NCBI RefSeq assembly: GCF_051903065.1
Contig: NZ_CP178438.1
Length of the DNA: 64,000 nucleotides
Reading direction: 5' to 3' (one strand)
Source of the DNA: Escherichia coli
GTDB taxonomy: Bacteria; Pseudomonadota; Gammaproteobacteria; Enterobacterales; Enterobacteriaceae
Under the pieces are notes generated by a model. It was not told the DNA's origin, searched no databases, and saw only the letters and a list, made by a program, of their open reading frames with translations. A program made the translations under genes and the position numbers. Each line of letters opens with the position of its first letter. Positions within the stretch are counted from its first letter, which is position 1. Shown piece by piece: positions 1 through 13,654 of this stretch.

Positions 1-742
1 ACTGCGCTTTCACGTTGGCGTACTCGGACGGGTCCAGACGCTCTTTTTGCACGCGGGTCATGTACAGGATGTCAACTTCCGCCATCACTTCTTCAATAGA
101 GCTGTGCAGACTCCATGCGATCCCTTTTTCATCAAGCATATCCAGAATGTATTGCGGCATTGCCAGCGCGTCCGGCGCGATGAAGTAAAAACGGTTGCCG
201 TCGAACTTCGCTAACGCCTGAGTCAGGGAGTGAACGGTGCGGCCATATTTCAGGTCACCAACCATTGCGACGTGGAGATTGTCCAGACGCCCCTGGGTTT
301 CCTGAATGGTGAATAAGTCCAGCAAGGTTTGCGTCGGATGTTGGTTGGAGCCATCACCGGCATTCAGTACCGGTACATTGCCGGAAAACTCGGTGGCCAG
401 GCGCGCCGCACCTTCCTGCGGATGACGCATCACTATCGCATCGACGTAAGTGCTGATAACCGAAATGGTATCGGCCAGCGTTTCGCCCTTTTTACCCAGT
501 GATGTATTGGCGCTGTCGGAGAAGCCCACCACGCTGGCACCCAGGCGGTGCATGGAAGTTTCGAAAGAGAGGCGGGTACGGGTAGAGGCTTCGAAGAAAC
601 AGCTGGCAATGACTTTGTGCTTCAACAGCTCTGGTTGCGGGTTTGCTTTCAGTTTCGCCGCTGTCGCCAGCACCAGATTAAGGTCATCGCGACTAAGGTC
701 GTTTATGGAAATGATATGTTTCTGATATAGCGGATTAGCCAT
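1..742 (-). CDS. pyrB: Aspartate carbamoyltransferase catalytic subunit; start codon at 740-742, C-terminus lies beyond window start
   Basis: Reverse-complement translation from 742 reads [61 protein letters not shown]..., matching PyrB as recalled; followed upstream by pyrL leader. Confidence 0.93.
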
Positions 743-745
743 CTT

Positions 746-880
746 TTATCTCCTGACGCCTGGGCAAAAAAAAGCCCCTCGATTGAGGGGCTGGGAATGG
801 GTGATCAACGGGAAGAAAAACGGCAGGCCAGCGTCTTTTTTCAGACGCGGTAAGACAAAATGTCGAACACACTGAACCAT
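746..880 (-). CDS. pyrL: pyrBI operon leader peptide (44 aa)
   Basis: Last 44 aa of ORF 746..946: MVQCVRHFVLPRLKKDAGLPFFFPLITHSQPLNRGAFFCPGVRR; ATG at 878-880 (complement). Confidence 0.9.
   Translation of the reverse strand: MVQCVRHFVLPRLKKDAGLPFFFPLITHSQPLNRGAFFCPGVRR
766..791 (-). terminator. pyrBI attenuator: GC hairpin plus U-run inside the 3' end of pyrL
   Basis: Minus strand reads GCCCCTCAATCGAGGGGC followed by 8 T; lies between leader start and pyrB start. Confidence 0.75.
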
Positions 881-1160
881 ACATCCTCCCGGCAAATTGT
901 CCGGCATTATACTCATCGTCAGAAGCGGTGCAAGCATTTGATGCAATATTTTGTCAGCGCAAACGGTTTATTTGAATTATAAGTCAAAATATATGCATTT
1001 TTATTTACTGTGATTCTGGAGGGGAACTGTCGTTCGGTATCAATAATTGCAGACATTTCCTGCTTTTTTCTTTTTCACTTTCACGCAATCAGATATGCAT
1101 TTTATTCCATTCATCCGACTTATAGGGCGGAGTGTGAAAACGAACGGCTAACACTATTGC

Positions 1161-1556
1161 TTACAGCTCAGGGATGCGCGCTATCACTTTAATTTCAAAA
1201 TCAAAGCCTGCCAGCCATGTAACGCCCACCGCCGTCCAGGTTGGATAAGGTGGCGCGCTAAATATTTCATTTTTCACCGTCATGATGTCTTCAAATTGTT
1301 TTTCTGGATCGGTATGAAAGCTCGTAACATCAATGATATCGTCAAAAGTGCATCCCGCAGCTGCCAGGGTCGCATGCAAATTATCAAATGCCAGTCTGAC
1401 TTGTTGCTGAAAATCGGGTTCTGGTGTTCCGTCCTCTCGACTTCCTACTTGCCCGGAAACAAACAGCAAATCGCCGGAACGAATAGCCGCAGAATAACGA
1501 TGTTCTGCATACAGTGAATGTCGGCCAGCAGGGAAAACAGCGGTTCTTTCTACCAT
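1161..1556 (-). CDS. yjgH: RidA/YjgF-family protein
   Basis: 131-aa ORF MVERTAVFPAGRHSLYAEHRYSAAIRSGDLLFVSGQVG..., matches YjgH as recalled; conserved position next to pyrBI. Confidence 0.88.
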   Translation of the reverse strand: MVERTAVFPAGRHSLYAEHRYSAAIRSGDLLFVSGQVGSREDGTPEPDFQQQVRLAFDNLHATLAAAGCTFDDIIDVTSFHTDPEKQFEDIMTVKNEIFSAPPYPTWTAVGVTWLAGFDFEIKVIARIPEL

Positions 1557-1686
1557 TTGGTTATCCTCAAGATTTACGACATGAACAGAAGATTTATATT
1601 TACCAGGAGCCGCTTTTAGCGGACGACGTGAGTAAACAAAACCCAGACATCATGGGAAATGGCTGGGCTTAATTGAGCGTAGTCGG

Positions 1687-2400
1687 TTATGCGCCAAACG
1701 CGCCATCAATGGTATGCATCGCGCCGGTAACAAAACTGGCTTCTGGCCCTGCTAACCATGCGACCATACCAGCGACCTCTTCCGGTTGCCCATGTCTTTT
1801 GATAGCCATAAAACTATGCAACATATCGCGCATTGGCCCGTTGGCGGGATTAGCGTCGGTATCAATTGGCCCTGGCTGGACGACGTTGATGGTGATCCCA
1901 CGCGGTCCAAAATCACGGGCCAGCCCGCGCGCCATGCCTTGTAGGGCAGATTTACTGGCGGCATAAGCAGCCATGCCTGCAACAGGCATACGATCGCCAT
2001 TCACGGAGCCGATGATTAAGATGCGCCCGCCTTCGGGCATCTGCCGGGCGGCTTCAACAGAGGCATGGTAAGGAGCATGAATATTGATTTTGAAAAGGCG
2101 ATCAATATCGTCGGCATTTAATTCCAGGGCATCGCCAAAGACGCCAATACCTGCATTTACCACCAGGATATCCAATGCGCCGCTCTTACGAACGACATCA
2201 ATGACAGCGTCTCTGTCAGCACTATCTGTGAATACTGCTGTCGCTCCAGTCTCTTGTGCCAGGTGTTCAGCGGCATCTTTCGACCCCGCATAGGTGAATC
2301 GTACATTGGCCCCATCGGTGACGAAACGACGTACGATAGCGGCACCGATACCACGACTGCCACCGAGGATGAGAACTGTCTTACCTGTAAAAGCGCCCAT
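1687..2400 (-). CDS. bdcA: Short-chain dehydrogenase/reductase, c-di-GMP-binding biofilm dispersal mediator
   Basis: SDR motifs GKTVLILGGSRGIGAAI and YAASKSAL; probable start MGAFTGK at 2398-2400 rather than the longer ORF start at 2478. Confidence 0.88.
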   Translation of the reverse strand: MGAFTGKTVLILGGSRGIGAAIVRRFVTDGANVRFTYAGSKDAAEHLAQETGATAVFTDSADRDAVIDVVRKSGALDILVVNAGIGVFGDALELNADDIDRLFKINIHAPYHASVEAARQMPEGGRILIIGSVNGDRMPVAGMAAYAASKSALQGMARGLARDFGPRGITINVVQPGPIDTDANPANGPMRDMLHSFMAIKRHGQPEEVAGMVAWLAGPEASFVTGAMHTIDGAFGA

Positions 2401-2470
2401 AAGGACTCCTTGATTTATTATGTAACATGCATTACAAAACTGTTTTAACTTTCTGTCAATAAGTTTTGTA

Positions 2471-3064
2471 ATGGTCACTAAAAAACAATCTCGCGTTCCA
2501 GGTCGTCCCAGACGTTTCGCTCCTGAGCAGGCAGTCTCTGCGGCAAAAGTGCTTTTTCACCAAAAAGGTTTCGATGCTGTCAGTGTTGCTGAAGTTACTG
2601 ATTATCTTGGTATTAACCCCCCGAGCCTCTACGCGGCTTTTGGCAATAAGGCTGGGTTATTTAGCCGTGTACTCAATGAATATGTCGGTACGGAAGCTAT
2701 TCCGCTTGCCGATATTCTTCGTGATGATCGTCCGGTAGGGGAGTGCCTGGCTGAGGTATTAAAAGAAGCGGCGCGCAGATATAGCCAAAACGGCGGCTGC
2801 GCTGGCTGTATGGTTCTTGAAGGCATTCATAGTCATGATCCACAAGCGCGTGATATTGCCGTTCAATATTATCACGCCGCAGAAACGGCCATTTATGACT
2901 ATATCGCCAGGCGGCATCCACAAAGCGCACAATGTGTGACTGATTTTATGAGTACCGTGATGTCAGGGCTTTCTGCGAAGGCACGAGAGGGGCACTCCCT
3001 CGAACAACTCTGTGCAACAGCTGCACTGGCGGGGGGAGCGATAAAAACTATTCTCAAGGAGTGA
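2471..3064 (+). CDS. bdcR: TetR-family transcriptional regulator, divergent from bdcA
   Basis: 197-aa ORF with N-terminal TetR HTH (FHQKGFDAVSVAEVTDYLGINPPSLYAAFGNK). Confidence 0.88.
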   Translation: MVTKKQSRVPGRPRRFAPEQAVSAAKVLFHQKGFDAVSVAEVTDYLGINPPSLYAAFGNKAGLFSRVLNEYVGTEAIPLADILRDDRPVGECLAEVLKEAARRYSQNGGCAGCMVLEGIHSHDPQARDIAVQYYHAAETAIYDYIARRHPQSAQCVTDFMSTVMSGLSAKAREGHSLEQLCATAALAGGAIKTILKE

Positions 3065-3196
3065 TGCGGGCCTTGACCCGAAAGGCGGGAACGCGCCTGC
3101 CGATAAGTTGTGATAAGACAATAATTCACGCGTTAAGGCTAGCGGAATTGATCATCTTTTCGTATAACGATAGAAATGAAACGTTGTTTTAATTAA

Positions 3197-3661
<465 letters not shown>

Positions 3662-3782
3662 TGACTTTTCGCCGTAAATAACTCCAGGTTTACGGCGAGT
3701 TTGTGAAAAGAGCGTTTTTTGATATTTTTTTGTGAGTAAAATTTGTAATGCTTAGACGTTCTTATTAACTCAAGGAGTTCGT

Positions 3783-3811
3783 CATGAGCAAAATATCAGA
3801 TTTGAATTATT
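3783..3811 (+). pseudogene. 5' stub (MSKISDLNY...) of a gene cut off by IS1; position corresponds to yjgL of K-12
   Basis: AAGGAG RBS at 3772-3777, ATG at 3783, reading frame runs straight into the IS1 terminal repeat at 3812. Confidence 0.45.
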
Positions 3812-3826
3812 GGTAATGACTCCAAC

Positions 3827-4330
3827 TTATTGATAGTGTTTTATGTTCAGATAATGCCCGATGACTTTGTCATGCAGCTCCACCGATTTTGAGAACGACA
3901 GCGACTTCCGTCCCAGCCGTGCCAGGTGCTGCCTCAGATTCAGGTTATGCCGCTCAATTCGCTGCGTATATCGCTTGCTGATTACGTGCAGCTTTCCCTT
4001 CAGGCGGGATTCATACAGCGGCCAGCCATCCGTCATCCATATCACCACGTCAAAGGGTGACAGCAGGCTCATAAGACGCCCCAGCGTCGCCATAGTGCGT
4101 TCACCGAATACGTGCGCAACAACCGTCTTCCGGAGCCTGTCATACGCGTAAAACAGCCAGCGCTGGCGCGATTTAGCCCCGACATAGCCCCACTGTTCGT
4201 CCATTTCCGCGCAGACGATGACGTCACTGCCCGGCTGTATGCGCGAGGTTACCGACTGCGGCCTGAGTTTTTTAAGTGACGTAAAATCGTGTTGAGGCCA
4301 ACGCCCATAATGCGGGCTGTTGCCCGGCAT
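3827..4330 (-). CDS. insB: IS1 transposase InsB
   Basis: 167-aa [29 protein letters not shown]... Confidence 0.9.
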
Positions 4331-4524
4331 CCAACGCCATTCATGGCCATATCAATGATTTTCTGGTGCGTACCGGGTTGAGAAGCGGTGTAAGTGAACT
4401 GCAGTTGCCATGTTTTACGGCAGTGAGAGCAGAGATAGCGCTGATGTCCGGCGGTGCTTTTGCCGTTACGCACCACCCCGTCAGTAGCTGAACAGGAGGG
4501 ACAGCTGATAGAAACAGAAGCCAC
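4249..4524 (-). CDS. insA: IS1 InsA
   Basis: 91-aa [43 protein letters not shown]... Confidence 0.9.
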
Positions 4525-4646
4525 TGGAGCACCTCAAAAACACCATCATACACTAAATCAGTAAGTTGGCAGCATCACCCACTGCATAAATTAATGTGAT
4601 GCCGGGATGTTTTTTGTGTTTCCCGGCATCTTTATAGCGATATCAA

Positions 4647-5651
4647 TTATTTACTGAGCGTCGCGACCATCACCGCTTTGATGGTATGCATGCGGTTTTC
4701 CGCCTGATCAAATACAATGCTGGCGGCAGATTCGAAGACCTCATCAGTCACTTCCATTCCGCCATGTAGGCCAAACTCTTCCGCCATTTTCTTGCCAAGC
4801 GTCGTCTGGTCGTCATGAAAAGCGGGCAGGCAGTGGAGGAATTTGACCTCAGGGTTACCAGTCAACTGCATCATCTTGCTGTTCACCTGATAATCACGCA
4901 GCAATGCAATGCGTTCAGCCCATTTCTCTTTTGCTTCACCCATCGACACCCATACATCGGTATAGATAAAGTCAGCACCTTCAACTCCTTTGGCTACATC
5001 TTCCGTCAGCGTAATATCCCCGCCATTTTGCTGTGCCAGGGCGCGGCATTCCGTAACCAGCGCAGCTTCCGGCCAGCATGCCTGTGGCGCGACCAGACGC
5101 AAATCCAGACCGGTAAGCGCCGCAGCTTCGAGCATCGAATTGCCCATGTTGTTACGTGCGTCACCTGCATAGACCAGCGTCATTTCGTTGAATGCTTTAC
5201 CGGGTAAATGCTCCTGCATGGTGAGGAGATCCGCCAGCAACTGCGTGGGGTGAAACTCATTGGTCAGGCCGTTCCATACCGGCACGCCAGCGTATTCCGC
5301 CAGTGTTTCGACAATCTCCTGACCATAGCCGCGATACTGAATACCGTCATACATGCGACCCAGCACGCGGGCAGTGTCTTTAATCGACTCTTTATGACCA
5401 ATCTGACTGCCGCTTGGGCCGAGATAAGTAACGCGAGCACCCTGGTCATATGCGGCAACTTCGAAAGAGCATCGGGTACGGGTCGAGTCTTTTTCGAAGA
5501 TGAGCGCGATGTTTTTACCAGTGAGTTTGGCTTCTTCTTTGCCGCTTTTCTTATTGGCTTTCAGCTTCGCGGCTAACTGCAGCAGGCTGTTGAGTTCAGC
5601 TGGCGTGAAATCGAGTAATTTCAGGAAATGCTTATGATAAAACCCGGACAT
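4647..5651 (-). CDS. argI: Ornithine carbamoyltransferase
   Basis: 334-aa ORF with STRTR carbamoyl-phosphate motif and HCLP motif; full-length match to ArgI as recalled; next to pyrBI as in K-12. Confidence 0.95.
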   Translation of the reverse strand: MSGFYHKHFLKLLDFTPAELNSLLQLAAKLKANKKSGKEEAKLTGKNIALIFEKDSTRTRCSFEVAAYDQGARVTYLGPSGSQIGHKESIKDTARVLGRMYDGIQYRGYGQEIVETLAEYAGVPVWNGLTNEFHPTQLLADLLTMQEHLPGKAFNEMTLVYAGDARNNMGNSMLEAAALTGLDLRLVAPQACWPEAALVTECRALAQQNGGDITLTEDVAKGVEGADFIYTDVWVSMGEAKEKWAERIALLRDYQVNSKMMQLTGNPEVKFLHCLPAFHDDQTTLGKKMAEEFGLHGGMEVTDEVFESAASIVFDQAENRMHTIKAVMVATLSK

Positions 5652-5677
5652 AGATCCCTCCTGTGGCTAACGCCTCA

Positions 5678-5718
5678 ATGAATTAAAATTCAATTTATAT
5701 GGATGATTATTCATTTGC
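5678..5718 (-). promoter_or_regulatory. Tandem ARG boxes (ArgR operator) in argI promoter
   Basis: atgAATTAAAATTCAattt followed by atggATGATTATTCATttg, two 18-bp palindromic TGAAT...ATTCA motifs just upstream of argI start. Confidence 0.65.
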
Positions 5719-5812
5719 AAGTCTAAAGCATAAATCTTTGTCACAAAGGTGGAGGCAATGTCAGTGGTGTGTGACAATAAGAGTATCGGCAGGACATTAA
5801 GAGGAATGAGCC

Positions 5813-6229
5813 ATGGCAAACCCGGAACAACTGGAAGAACAGCGTGAAGAAACACGTTTGATTATTGAAGAATTACTGGAAGATGGCAGCGATCCGGACG
5901 CGCTGTACACCATCGAACACCATCTTTCCGCAGACGATCTGGAAACCCTGGAAAAAGCAGCAGTTGAAGCGTTTAAACTCGGTTACGAAGTGACCGATCC
6001 AGAAGAGCTGGAAGTTGAAGATGGTGATATCGTGATTTGCTGCGACATCCTCAGCGAGTGCGCGTTGAATGCCGATCTGATCGATGCCCAGGTTGAACAA
6101 CTGATGACGCTGGCGGAGAAATTTGATGTTGAGTACGACGGTTGGGGCACTTACTTTGAAGATCCCAACGGCGAAGACGGCGACGATGAAGATTTTGTCG
6201 ATGAAGACGATGACGGGGTTCGCCACTAA
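5813..6229 (+). CDS. rraB: Regulator of ribonuclease activity B (acidic protein)
   Basis: 138-aa [41 protein letters not shown]..., acidic C-terminus. Confidence 0.9.
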
Positions 6230-6242
6230 TTAATTGATTAAA

Positions 6243-6277
6243 ATGCCCGATAGCACACACTAGCGGGCATTTTTTTA
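6243..6277 (+). terminator. Rho-independent terminator between convergent rraB and yjgM
   Basis: ATGCCCG...CGGGCAT hairpin followed by 7 T. Confidence 0.6.
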
Positions 6278-6778
6278 GAGTTCGCGCAACATCCGCACTT
6301 CACAATCAACATGGCCCGTGCAGCCAAGTGCATAGTCGATATGTTGAAAACCTAAATGTTCATACAAACCAATCGCTTCTTTCAAAAAAGCGGTCGTTTC
6401 CAGATAGCAGCGTTTGAAGCCCATTTCTCTTGCCTGCTCCATCGCCTTTAAGGCCAGTTTTTTTGCCAGCCCTTTGCCGCGAATAGCCGGAAGAAAATAC
6501 ATCTTTTGCAGTTCGCAAATGTCCGATTCACTACCTGCTAATGGCGCAATCCCACCGCCGCCGACCACTTCACCCTCGTACTCAACCACCCAATATGCAT
6601 GACCAGGCTGACTATACACTTGATACAGCTCGTCAAGATTCGGATCGGCGACGGTGTAGCCTTTATCAGCGGTAAGACCGTATTCGGCGGATACCTGACG
6701 AATGACGCGGGCGATAGCAGGATTATCCTGCAGCGTCAGGCGACGCATTACAGGTGATTGCGGCGCAATGTTATTCAT
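6275..6778 (-). CDS. yjgM: GNAT-family N-acetyltransferase
   Basis: 167-aa ORF with acetyl-CoA-binding motif [23 protein letters not shown]. Confidence 0.85.
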   Translation of the reverse strand: MNNIAPQSPVMRRLTLQDNPAIARVIRQVSAEYGLTADKGYTVADPNLDELYQVYSQPGHAYWVVEYEGEVVGGGGIAPLAGSESDICELQKMYFLPAIRGKGLAKKLALKAMEQAREMGFKRCYLETTAFLKEAIGLYEHLGFQHIDYALGCTGHVDCEVRMLREL

Positions 6779-6970
6779 AGTTTAACCCAATAAAAATAAA
6801 GTAATTATACATTTGTTTAATACCACTCTCTTCTTACGTGCGCAAGCGTCTTATAAAGCAATAAAGTTTTTGCCAGTCTATTACTGATAAGAGTATTGTA
6901 ACGTGGCAGAACATTTTACTGTCTGTATCTATAAATTATATCAATGGATTTTTTAATTCAGGGAATTTTT

Positions 6971-8167
6971 ATGGCTCAAGTTATTAATGAAATGGATGTT
7001 CCGTCCCATTCGTTTGTTTTTCATGGTACAGGTGAGAGATATTTTCTTATTTGTGTGGTGAATGTGTTGTTAACGATTATAACGCTAGGTATCTATTTAC
7101 CATGGGCATTAATGAAATGTAAGCGTTATCTCTATGCTAATATGGAAGTTAACGGACAACGATTTTCTTATGGGATTACCGGTGGGAATGTTTTTGTTAG
7201 TTGTCTTGTTTTTGTTTTTTTCTATTTCGCAATCTTAATGACAGTGTCAGCAGATATGCCGCTTATTGGCTGTGTTTTGACTTTGTCACTGTTGGTTTTG
7301 CTTATATTTATGGCAGCAAAAGGACTGCGTTATCAGGCCTTGATGACTAGTCTCAACGGCGTAAGATTTAGTTTTAATTGCTCTATGAAAGGGTTCTGGT
7401 GGGTAACCTTTTTCTTGCCGATTTTAATGGCCATTGGGATGGGGACTGTTTTCTTTATCTCGACAAAGATGCTACATGCCAATAGTTCAAGTAGTGTTAT
7501 TATATCTGTGGTTCTGATGGCAATAGTTGGTATTGTTTCCATTGGTATTTTTAATGGTACTTTATATAGCCTGGTAATGAGTTTTCTCTGGAGCAATACC
7601 AGTTTCGGTATACATCGTTTCAAGGTGAAATTAGATACTGCGTATTGTATAAAATATGCCATCCTCGCATTTTTAGCTTTATTACCTTTTCTCGCTGTTG
7701 CTGGTTATATTATCTTCGATCAAATATTAAATGCGTATGATAGTTCTGTGTATTCAAATGATGATATTGAGAATTTACAGCAATTTATGGCAATGCAACG
7801 TAAAATGATAATCGCGCAGTTAATCTATTATTTTGGGATTGCTGTTAGCACCAGTTATTTAACGGTGTCGTTGCGAAATCATTTTATGAGCAACTTGTCA
7901 CTGAATGATGGGCGTATTCGTTTTCGCTCAACTTTAACATACCACGGTATGCTTTATCGCATGTGTGCGTTGGTGGTGATATCCGGGATTACGGGCGGTC
8001 TGGCTTATCCACTGCTGAAAATATGGATGGTTGACTGGCAGGCAAAAAATACGTATTTGCTGGGCGATTTGGATGACCTTCCTTTAATCAATAAAGAAGA
8101 ACAACCAGATAAAGGCTTCTTAGCCAGTATTTCACGGGGAATTATGCCTTCTTTACCATTTCTGTAA
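6971..8167 (+). CDS. yjgN: Inner-membrane DUF898 protein
   Basis: Multi-pass hydrophobic ORF; likely start MAQVINEMDV at 6971 (track ORF begins 6944). Confidence 0.8.
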   Translation: MAQVINEMDVPSHSFVFHGTGERYFLICVVNVLLTIITLGIYLPWALMKCKRYLYANMEVNGQRFSYGITGGNVFVSCLVFVFFYFAILMTVSADMPLIGCVLTLSLLVLLIFMAAKGLRYQALMTSLNGVRFSFNCSMKGFWWVTFFLPILMAIGMGTVFFISTKMLHANSSSSVIISVVLMAIVGIVSIGIFNGTLYSLVMSFLWSNTSFGIHRFKVKLDTAYCIKYAILAFLALLPFLAVAGYIIFDQILNAYDSSVYSNDDIENLQQFMAMQRKMIIAQLIYYFGIAVSTSYLTVSLRNHFMSNLSLNDGRIRFRSTLTYHGMLYRMCALVVISGITGGLAYPLLKIWMVDWQAKNTYLLGDLDDLPLINKEEQPDKGFLASISRGIMPSLPFL

Positions 8168-8222
8168 GAGATAAAAAAGGCCGGAGCATGCTCCGGCCTT
8201 CGTTTTCATCACTGTGTTTTGA

Positions 8223-11078
8223 TTACAGCGCGGCGATAACAGCCTGCTGTTCAATCAGCTTCGCTTTCGCTTCCGCATAGCCTTCAAGCTTCTCACGCTC
8301 TTTCGCGATGACCGCTTCCGGTGCGCGGGCGACAAAGCCTTCATTCGCCAGCTTGTTCTCGATACGGCTGATTTCGCCTTCGATCTTCGCCACTTCTTTC
8401 GCCAGACGCGCCAGCTCATCTTCTTTGTTGATGAGGCCAGCCATCGGGATCAGCAGTTCTGCGCCGTCGATGATCTTCGTAACGGAAACCGGACCTTTGT
8501 CATCGGCAGGCAGCACGGTGATGCTTTCCAGACGCGCCAGGGTTTGCAGGAAGCCACGGTTTTCATTTACGCGACGTTCTGCATCCGCGCTGCAACCACG
8601 CAGCAGCAGCTCCAGCGGTTTGCCCGGCGCGATATTCATTTCTGCACGGATGTTACGTACCGCAACGATCGCCTGTTTCAGCCACTCGGTGTCGGCCAGC
8701 GCCGCTTCATCAACCTGAGATGCATCATACTGCGGGAACGGCTGCAGCATGATGGTGTCGGCAGTGATACCGCAAAGTACTTTCACACGCTGCCAGATGG
8801 TTTCGGTGATGAACGGAATGATCGGATGCGCGAGGCGCAGCAGACCTTCCAGTACAGTCACCAGCGTATGGCGAGTACCACGCAGTTCGGCTTCGGTGCC
8901 ACCGTTCATTACCGGCTTAGTCAGCTCCAGATACCAGTCACAGAACTGGTTCCAGGTGAACTCATACAGAATGCCTGCAGCGATATCGAAGCGGAAGCTG
9001 TCCAGCGCTTCGCGGTACGCTTTGATGGTCTGGTTGAACTCTGCCAGAATCCAGCGGTCCGCCAGCGACAGCGTCATTTCACCACCGTTGAAGCCGCAAT
9101 CCTGACCTTCCGTGTTCATCAGCACAAAGCGGCTGGCGTTCCACAGCTTGTTACAGAAGTTACGGTAGCCTTCCAGACGCTTCATATCCCAGTTGATGTC
9201 ACGACCGGTAGACGCCAGTGCCGCCAGGGTGAAGCGCAGGGCATCGGTGCCGTGCGGCTCAATACCGTTCGGGAACTGCTTCTCGGTGCGCTTACGGATT
9301 TTGTCCGCCAGCTGCGGCTGCATCATATTGCCGGTACGTTTCTCCAGCAGTTCCGGCAGCGAAATACCGTCAACCATATCCAGCGGGTCAATAACGTTAC
9401 CCTTGGATTTGGACATCTTCTGACCTTCGTCATCACGAATCAGACCAGTCATGTAAACGGTGTGGAACGGCACCTGCGGTTTGCCATTTTCATCTTTGAT
9501 GAAGTGCATGGTCATCATGATCATGCGGGCAATCCAGAAGAAGATGATGTCGAAGCCGGATACCATCACGCTGGTTGGGTGGAACTGACGCAGGGCGTCG
9601 GTGTTTTCCGGCCAGCCAAGGGTAGAGAAGGTCCACAGCGCAGAAGAGAACCAGGTGTCGAGAACGTCTTCGTCCTGACGTAGAGCAACGTCGGCACCGA
9701 GGTTATTTTCTTTACGCACTTCATCTTCGTTGCGGCCAACATAAACGTTACCCGCTTCGTCGTACCATGCCGGGATACGGTGACCCCACCACAGCTGACG
9801 AGAGATACACCAGTCCTGAATATCGCGCATCCAGGAGAAGTACATGTTTTCGTACTGCTTCGGTACGAACTGAATGTCGCCGTTCTCAACCGCTTCAACC
9901 GCCGGTTTCGCCAGTACATCGGCACGCACGTACCACTGGTCGGTCAGCATTGGTTCGATAACTACGCCGCCACGGTCGCCGTAAGGAACGGTCAGGTCGT
10001 GCGGTTTAATTTCTTCCAGCAGGCCGAGTGCGTCAACCGCAGCAACGACCGCTTTACGTGCAGCAAAACGCTCGAGTTTCTGGAACTCTGCCGGGATTTC
10101 GCTGGAATAAACGTCAGATTCGTTACCTTTGGTATCGAACACCTGGGCGCTTTCACGGATATCGCCGTCAAAGGTCAGGATGTTGATCATCGGCAGCGCG
10201 TGACGTTTACCCACTTCATAGTCGTTAAAGTCGTGCGCCGGAGTGATTTTCACGCAGCCGGTGCCTTTTTCCATGTCGGCGTGTTCGTCGCCAACGATCG
10301 GAATACGACGGTTAACCAGCGGCAGAATGACATATTTGCCAATCAGATCTTTGTAACGCGGATCTTCCGGGTTAACGGCTACGCCAGTATCGCCCAGCAG
10401 GGTTTCCGGACGGGTAGTCGCGACCACCAGATAATCTTTACCGTCTGCGGTTTTCGCACCGTCAGCCAGCGGATAGCGGATGTGCCACATCGAACCTTTC
10501 GATTCGCGGTTTTCGACTTCCAGGTCAGAGATAGCGGTGCGCAGTTTCGGGTCCCAGTTTACCAGGCGTTTGCCACGGTAAATCAGGTCTTCTTTATATA
10601 GACGAACGAAAACTTCTTTCACCGCATTGGACAGGCCTTCGTCCATCGTGAAGCGTTCACGCTCCCAGTCGACGGAGTTGCCGAGACGGCGCATCTGACG
10701 GGTAATCGTGCCGCCGGATTCCGCTTTCCATTCCCAGATTTTGTCGATGAAAGCTTCGCGGCCGTAGTCGTGACGGGTTTTACCTTCTTCTGCGGCAATC
10801 TTGCGCTCAACGACCATCTGGGTAGCGATCCCGGCGTGGTCAGTACCGACCTGCCACAGGGTGTTTTTGCCCTGCATGCGCTGATAGCGGATCATGGTAT
10901 CCATGATGGTTTGCTGGAAGGCGTGACCCATATGCAAACTGCCGGTGACGTTCGGCGGCGGGATCATGATGCAGAAACTCTCCTGGCTTTCATCGCCATT
11001 AGGCTTAAAGTAGCCCTGCTTTTCCCAGTGCTCGTAAAGCGGCTGTTCGATATCTTGTGGGTTATATGTCTTTTCCAT
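8223..11078 (-). CDS. valS: Valine--tRNA ligase
   Basis: 951-aa ORF with class I HMGH ([15 protein letters not shown]) and KMSKS motifs. Confidence 0.97.
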   Translation of the reverse strand: MEKTYNPQDIEQPLYEHWEKQGYFKPNGDESQESFCIMIPPPNVTGSLHMGHAFQQTIMDTMIRYQRMQGKNTLWQVGTDHAGIATQMVVERKIAAEEGKTRHDYGREAFIDKIWEWKAESGGTITRQMRRLGNSVDWERERFTMDEGLSNAVKEVFVRLYKEDLIYRGKRLVNWDPKLRTAISDLEVENRESKGSMWHIRYPLADGAKTADGKDYLVVATTRPETLLGDTGVAVNPEDPRYKDLIGKYVILPLVNRRIPIVGDEHADMEKGTGCVKITPAHDFNDYEVGKRHALPMINILTFDGDIRESAQVFDTKGNESDVYSSEIPAEFQKLERFAARKAVVAAVDALGLLEEIKPHDLTVPYGDRGGVVIEPMLTDQWYVRADVLAKPAVEAVENGDIQFVPKQYENMYFSWMRDIQDWCISRQLWWGHRIPAWYDEAGNVYVGRNEDEVRKENNLGADVALRQDEDVLDTWFSSALWTFSTLGWPENTDALRQFHPTSVMVSGFDIIFFWIARMIMMTMHFIKDENGKPQVPFHTVYMTGLIRDDEGQKMSKSKGNVIDPLDMVDGISLPELLEKRTGNMMQPQLADKIRKRTEKQFPNGIEPHGTDALRFTLAALASTGRDINWDMKRLEGYRNFCNKLWNASRFVLMNTEGQDCGFNGGEMTLSLADRWILAEFNQTIKAYREALDSFRFDIAAGILYEFTWNQFCDWYLELTKPVMNGGTEAELRGTRHTLVTVLEGLLRLAHPIIPFITETIWQRVKVLCGITADTIMLQPFPQYDASQVDEAALADTEWLKQAIVAVRNIRAEMNIAPGKPLELLLRGCSADAERRVNENRGFLQTLARLESITVLPADDKGPVSVTKIIDGAELLIPMAGLINKEDELARLAKEVAKIEGEISRIENKLANEGFVARAPEAVIAKEREKLEGYAEAKAKLIEQQAVIAAL

Positions 11079-11521
11079 TATTTCCAGGTTGCCGTATTCA
11101 GGTTGAAACCAGCCACGCGGTAGGCTTTATAGCGTTCGCGCGCCAGTTGTTTCAGAGAATCTTCATAAGGAACGAAGTCTACCACTTCTGTGAAAGCGGT
11201 GGCAAAATCTGCAAAGCTTGTTCGCAGACTAATCAATATATCGCGCGGGCTGCTGCTGCGTTTTTGCGGCCAGGCGATCTCCACCGGCGCACCGCCGCGC
11301 GGTCCTTCTCCCGCTAAATTATGCGGAACAAAGCTTTCTGCCGGACGCGCCCACAGGGCTTCATCCAGCCGGTAAGCCTGCTTTTCATCTTCACAGGCGA
11401 TGAGCACGCGCTTACCGCTGCGCCAACGTTCTGCGGCAATTTCACACACCAGTTGCTCAACGGCGCTTAAGCCATCGACGGTGGTGTCATTGTCCAGAAG
11501 GTAGAACGTCGCGTTTTTCAT
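11078..11521 (-). CDS. holC: DNA polymerase III chi subunit
   Basis: 147-aa [49 protein letters not shown]...; stop overlaps valS start. Confidence 0.93.
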   Translation of the reverse strand: MKNATFYLLDNDTTVDGLSAVEQLVCEIAAERWRSGKRVLIACEDEKQAYRLDEALWARPAESFVPHNLAGEGPRGGAPVEIAWPQKRSSSPRDILISLRTSFADFATAFTEVVDFVPYEDSLKQLARERYKAYRVAGFNLNTATWK

Positions 11522-11539
11522 AAATGGGGCTTCTTGTGG

Positions 11540-13391
<1,852 letters not shown>

Positions 13392-13654
13392 CTACGCTCC
13401 TGAATCTTAAAGACAACGGCGGTGGCTACAGATAGAATTGCAAGCTTTCGTAACTCATGTCCGCTGTTGCGATGACTTCGTGTTAATCTTAACGTTATTA
13501 CGGCATTGGCACGTCAGAACAAAATCTGAGAGGTGAATCCGTTGAGTATAATTATCTTAGCGACGATTTCGACGACTCAAGAGAATAAATGACGTTTAAG
13601 CCATGAAACAAGCTAAAATCCTGCAAAAGACGAGTTTTTACGGGCGTATTTAAA

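Larger units (their letters stand above)
3812..4579 (-). mobile_element. IS1, copy A (768 bp)
   Basis: Ends GGTAATGACTCCAACTTATTGAT (3812) and ATCAGTAAGTTGGCAGCATCACC (4579); encodes InsA and InsB; flanking 9-mers differ (gaattattg / cactgcata). Confidence 0.95.

Noticed and set aside
450-730. Plus-strand ORFs 450..725 and 548..730
   Set aside because: Antisense to pyrB, whose translation matches the known protein end to end.
8308-10601. Long plus-strand ORFs (for example 8544..9683, 9780..10601) inside valS
   Set aside because: They are antisense to the well-conserved valS frame and have no RBS or recognisable motif; they are shadow ORFs of a GC-rich coding region.
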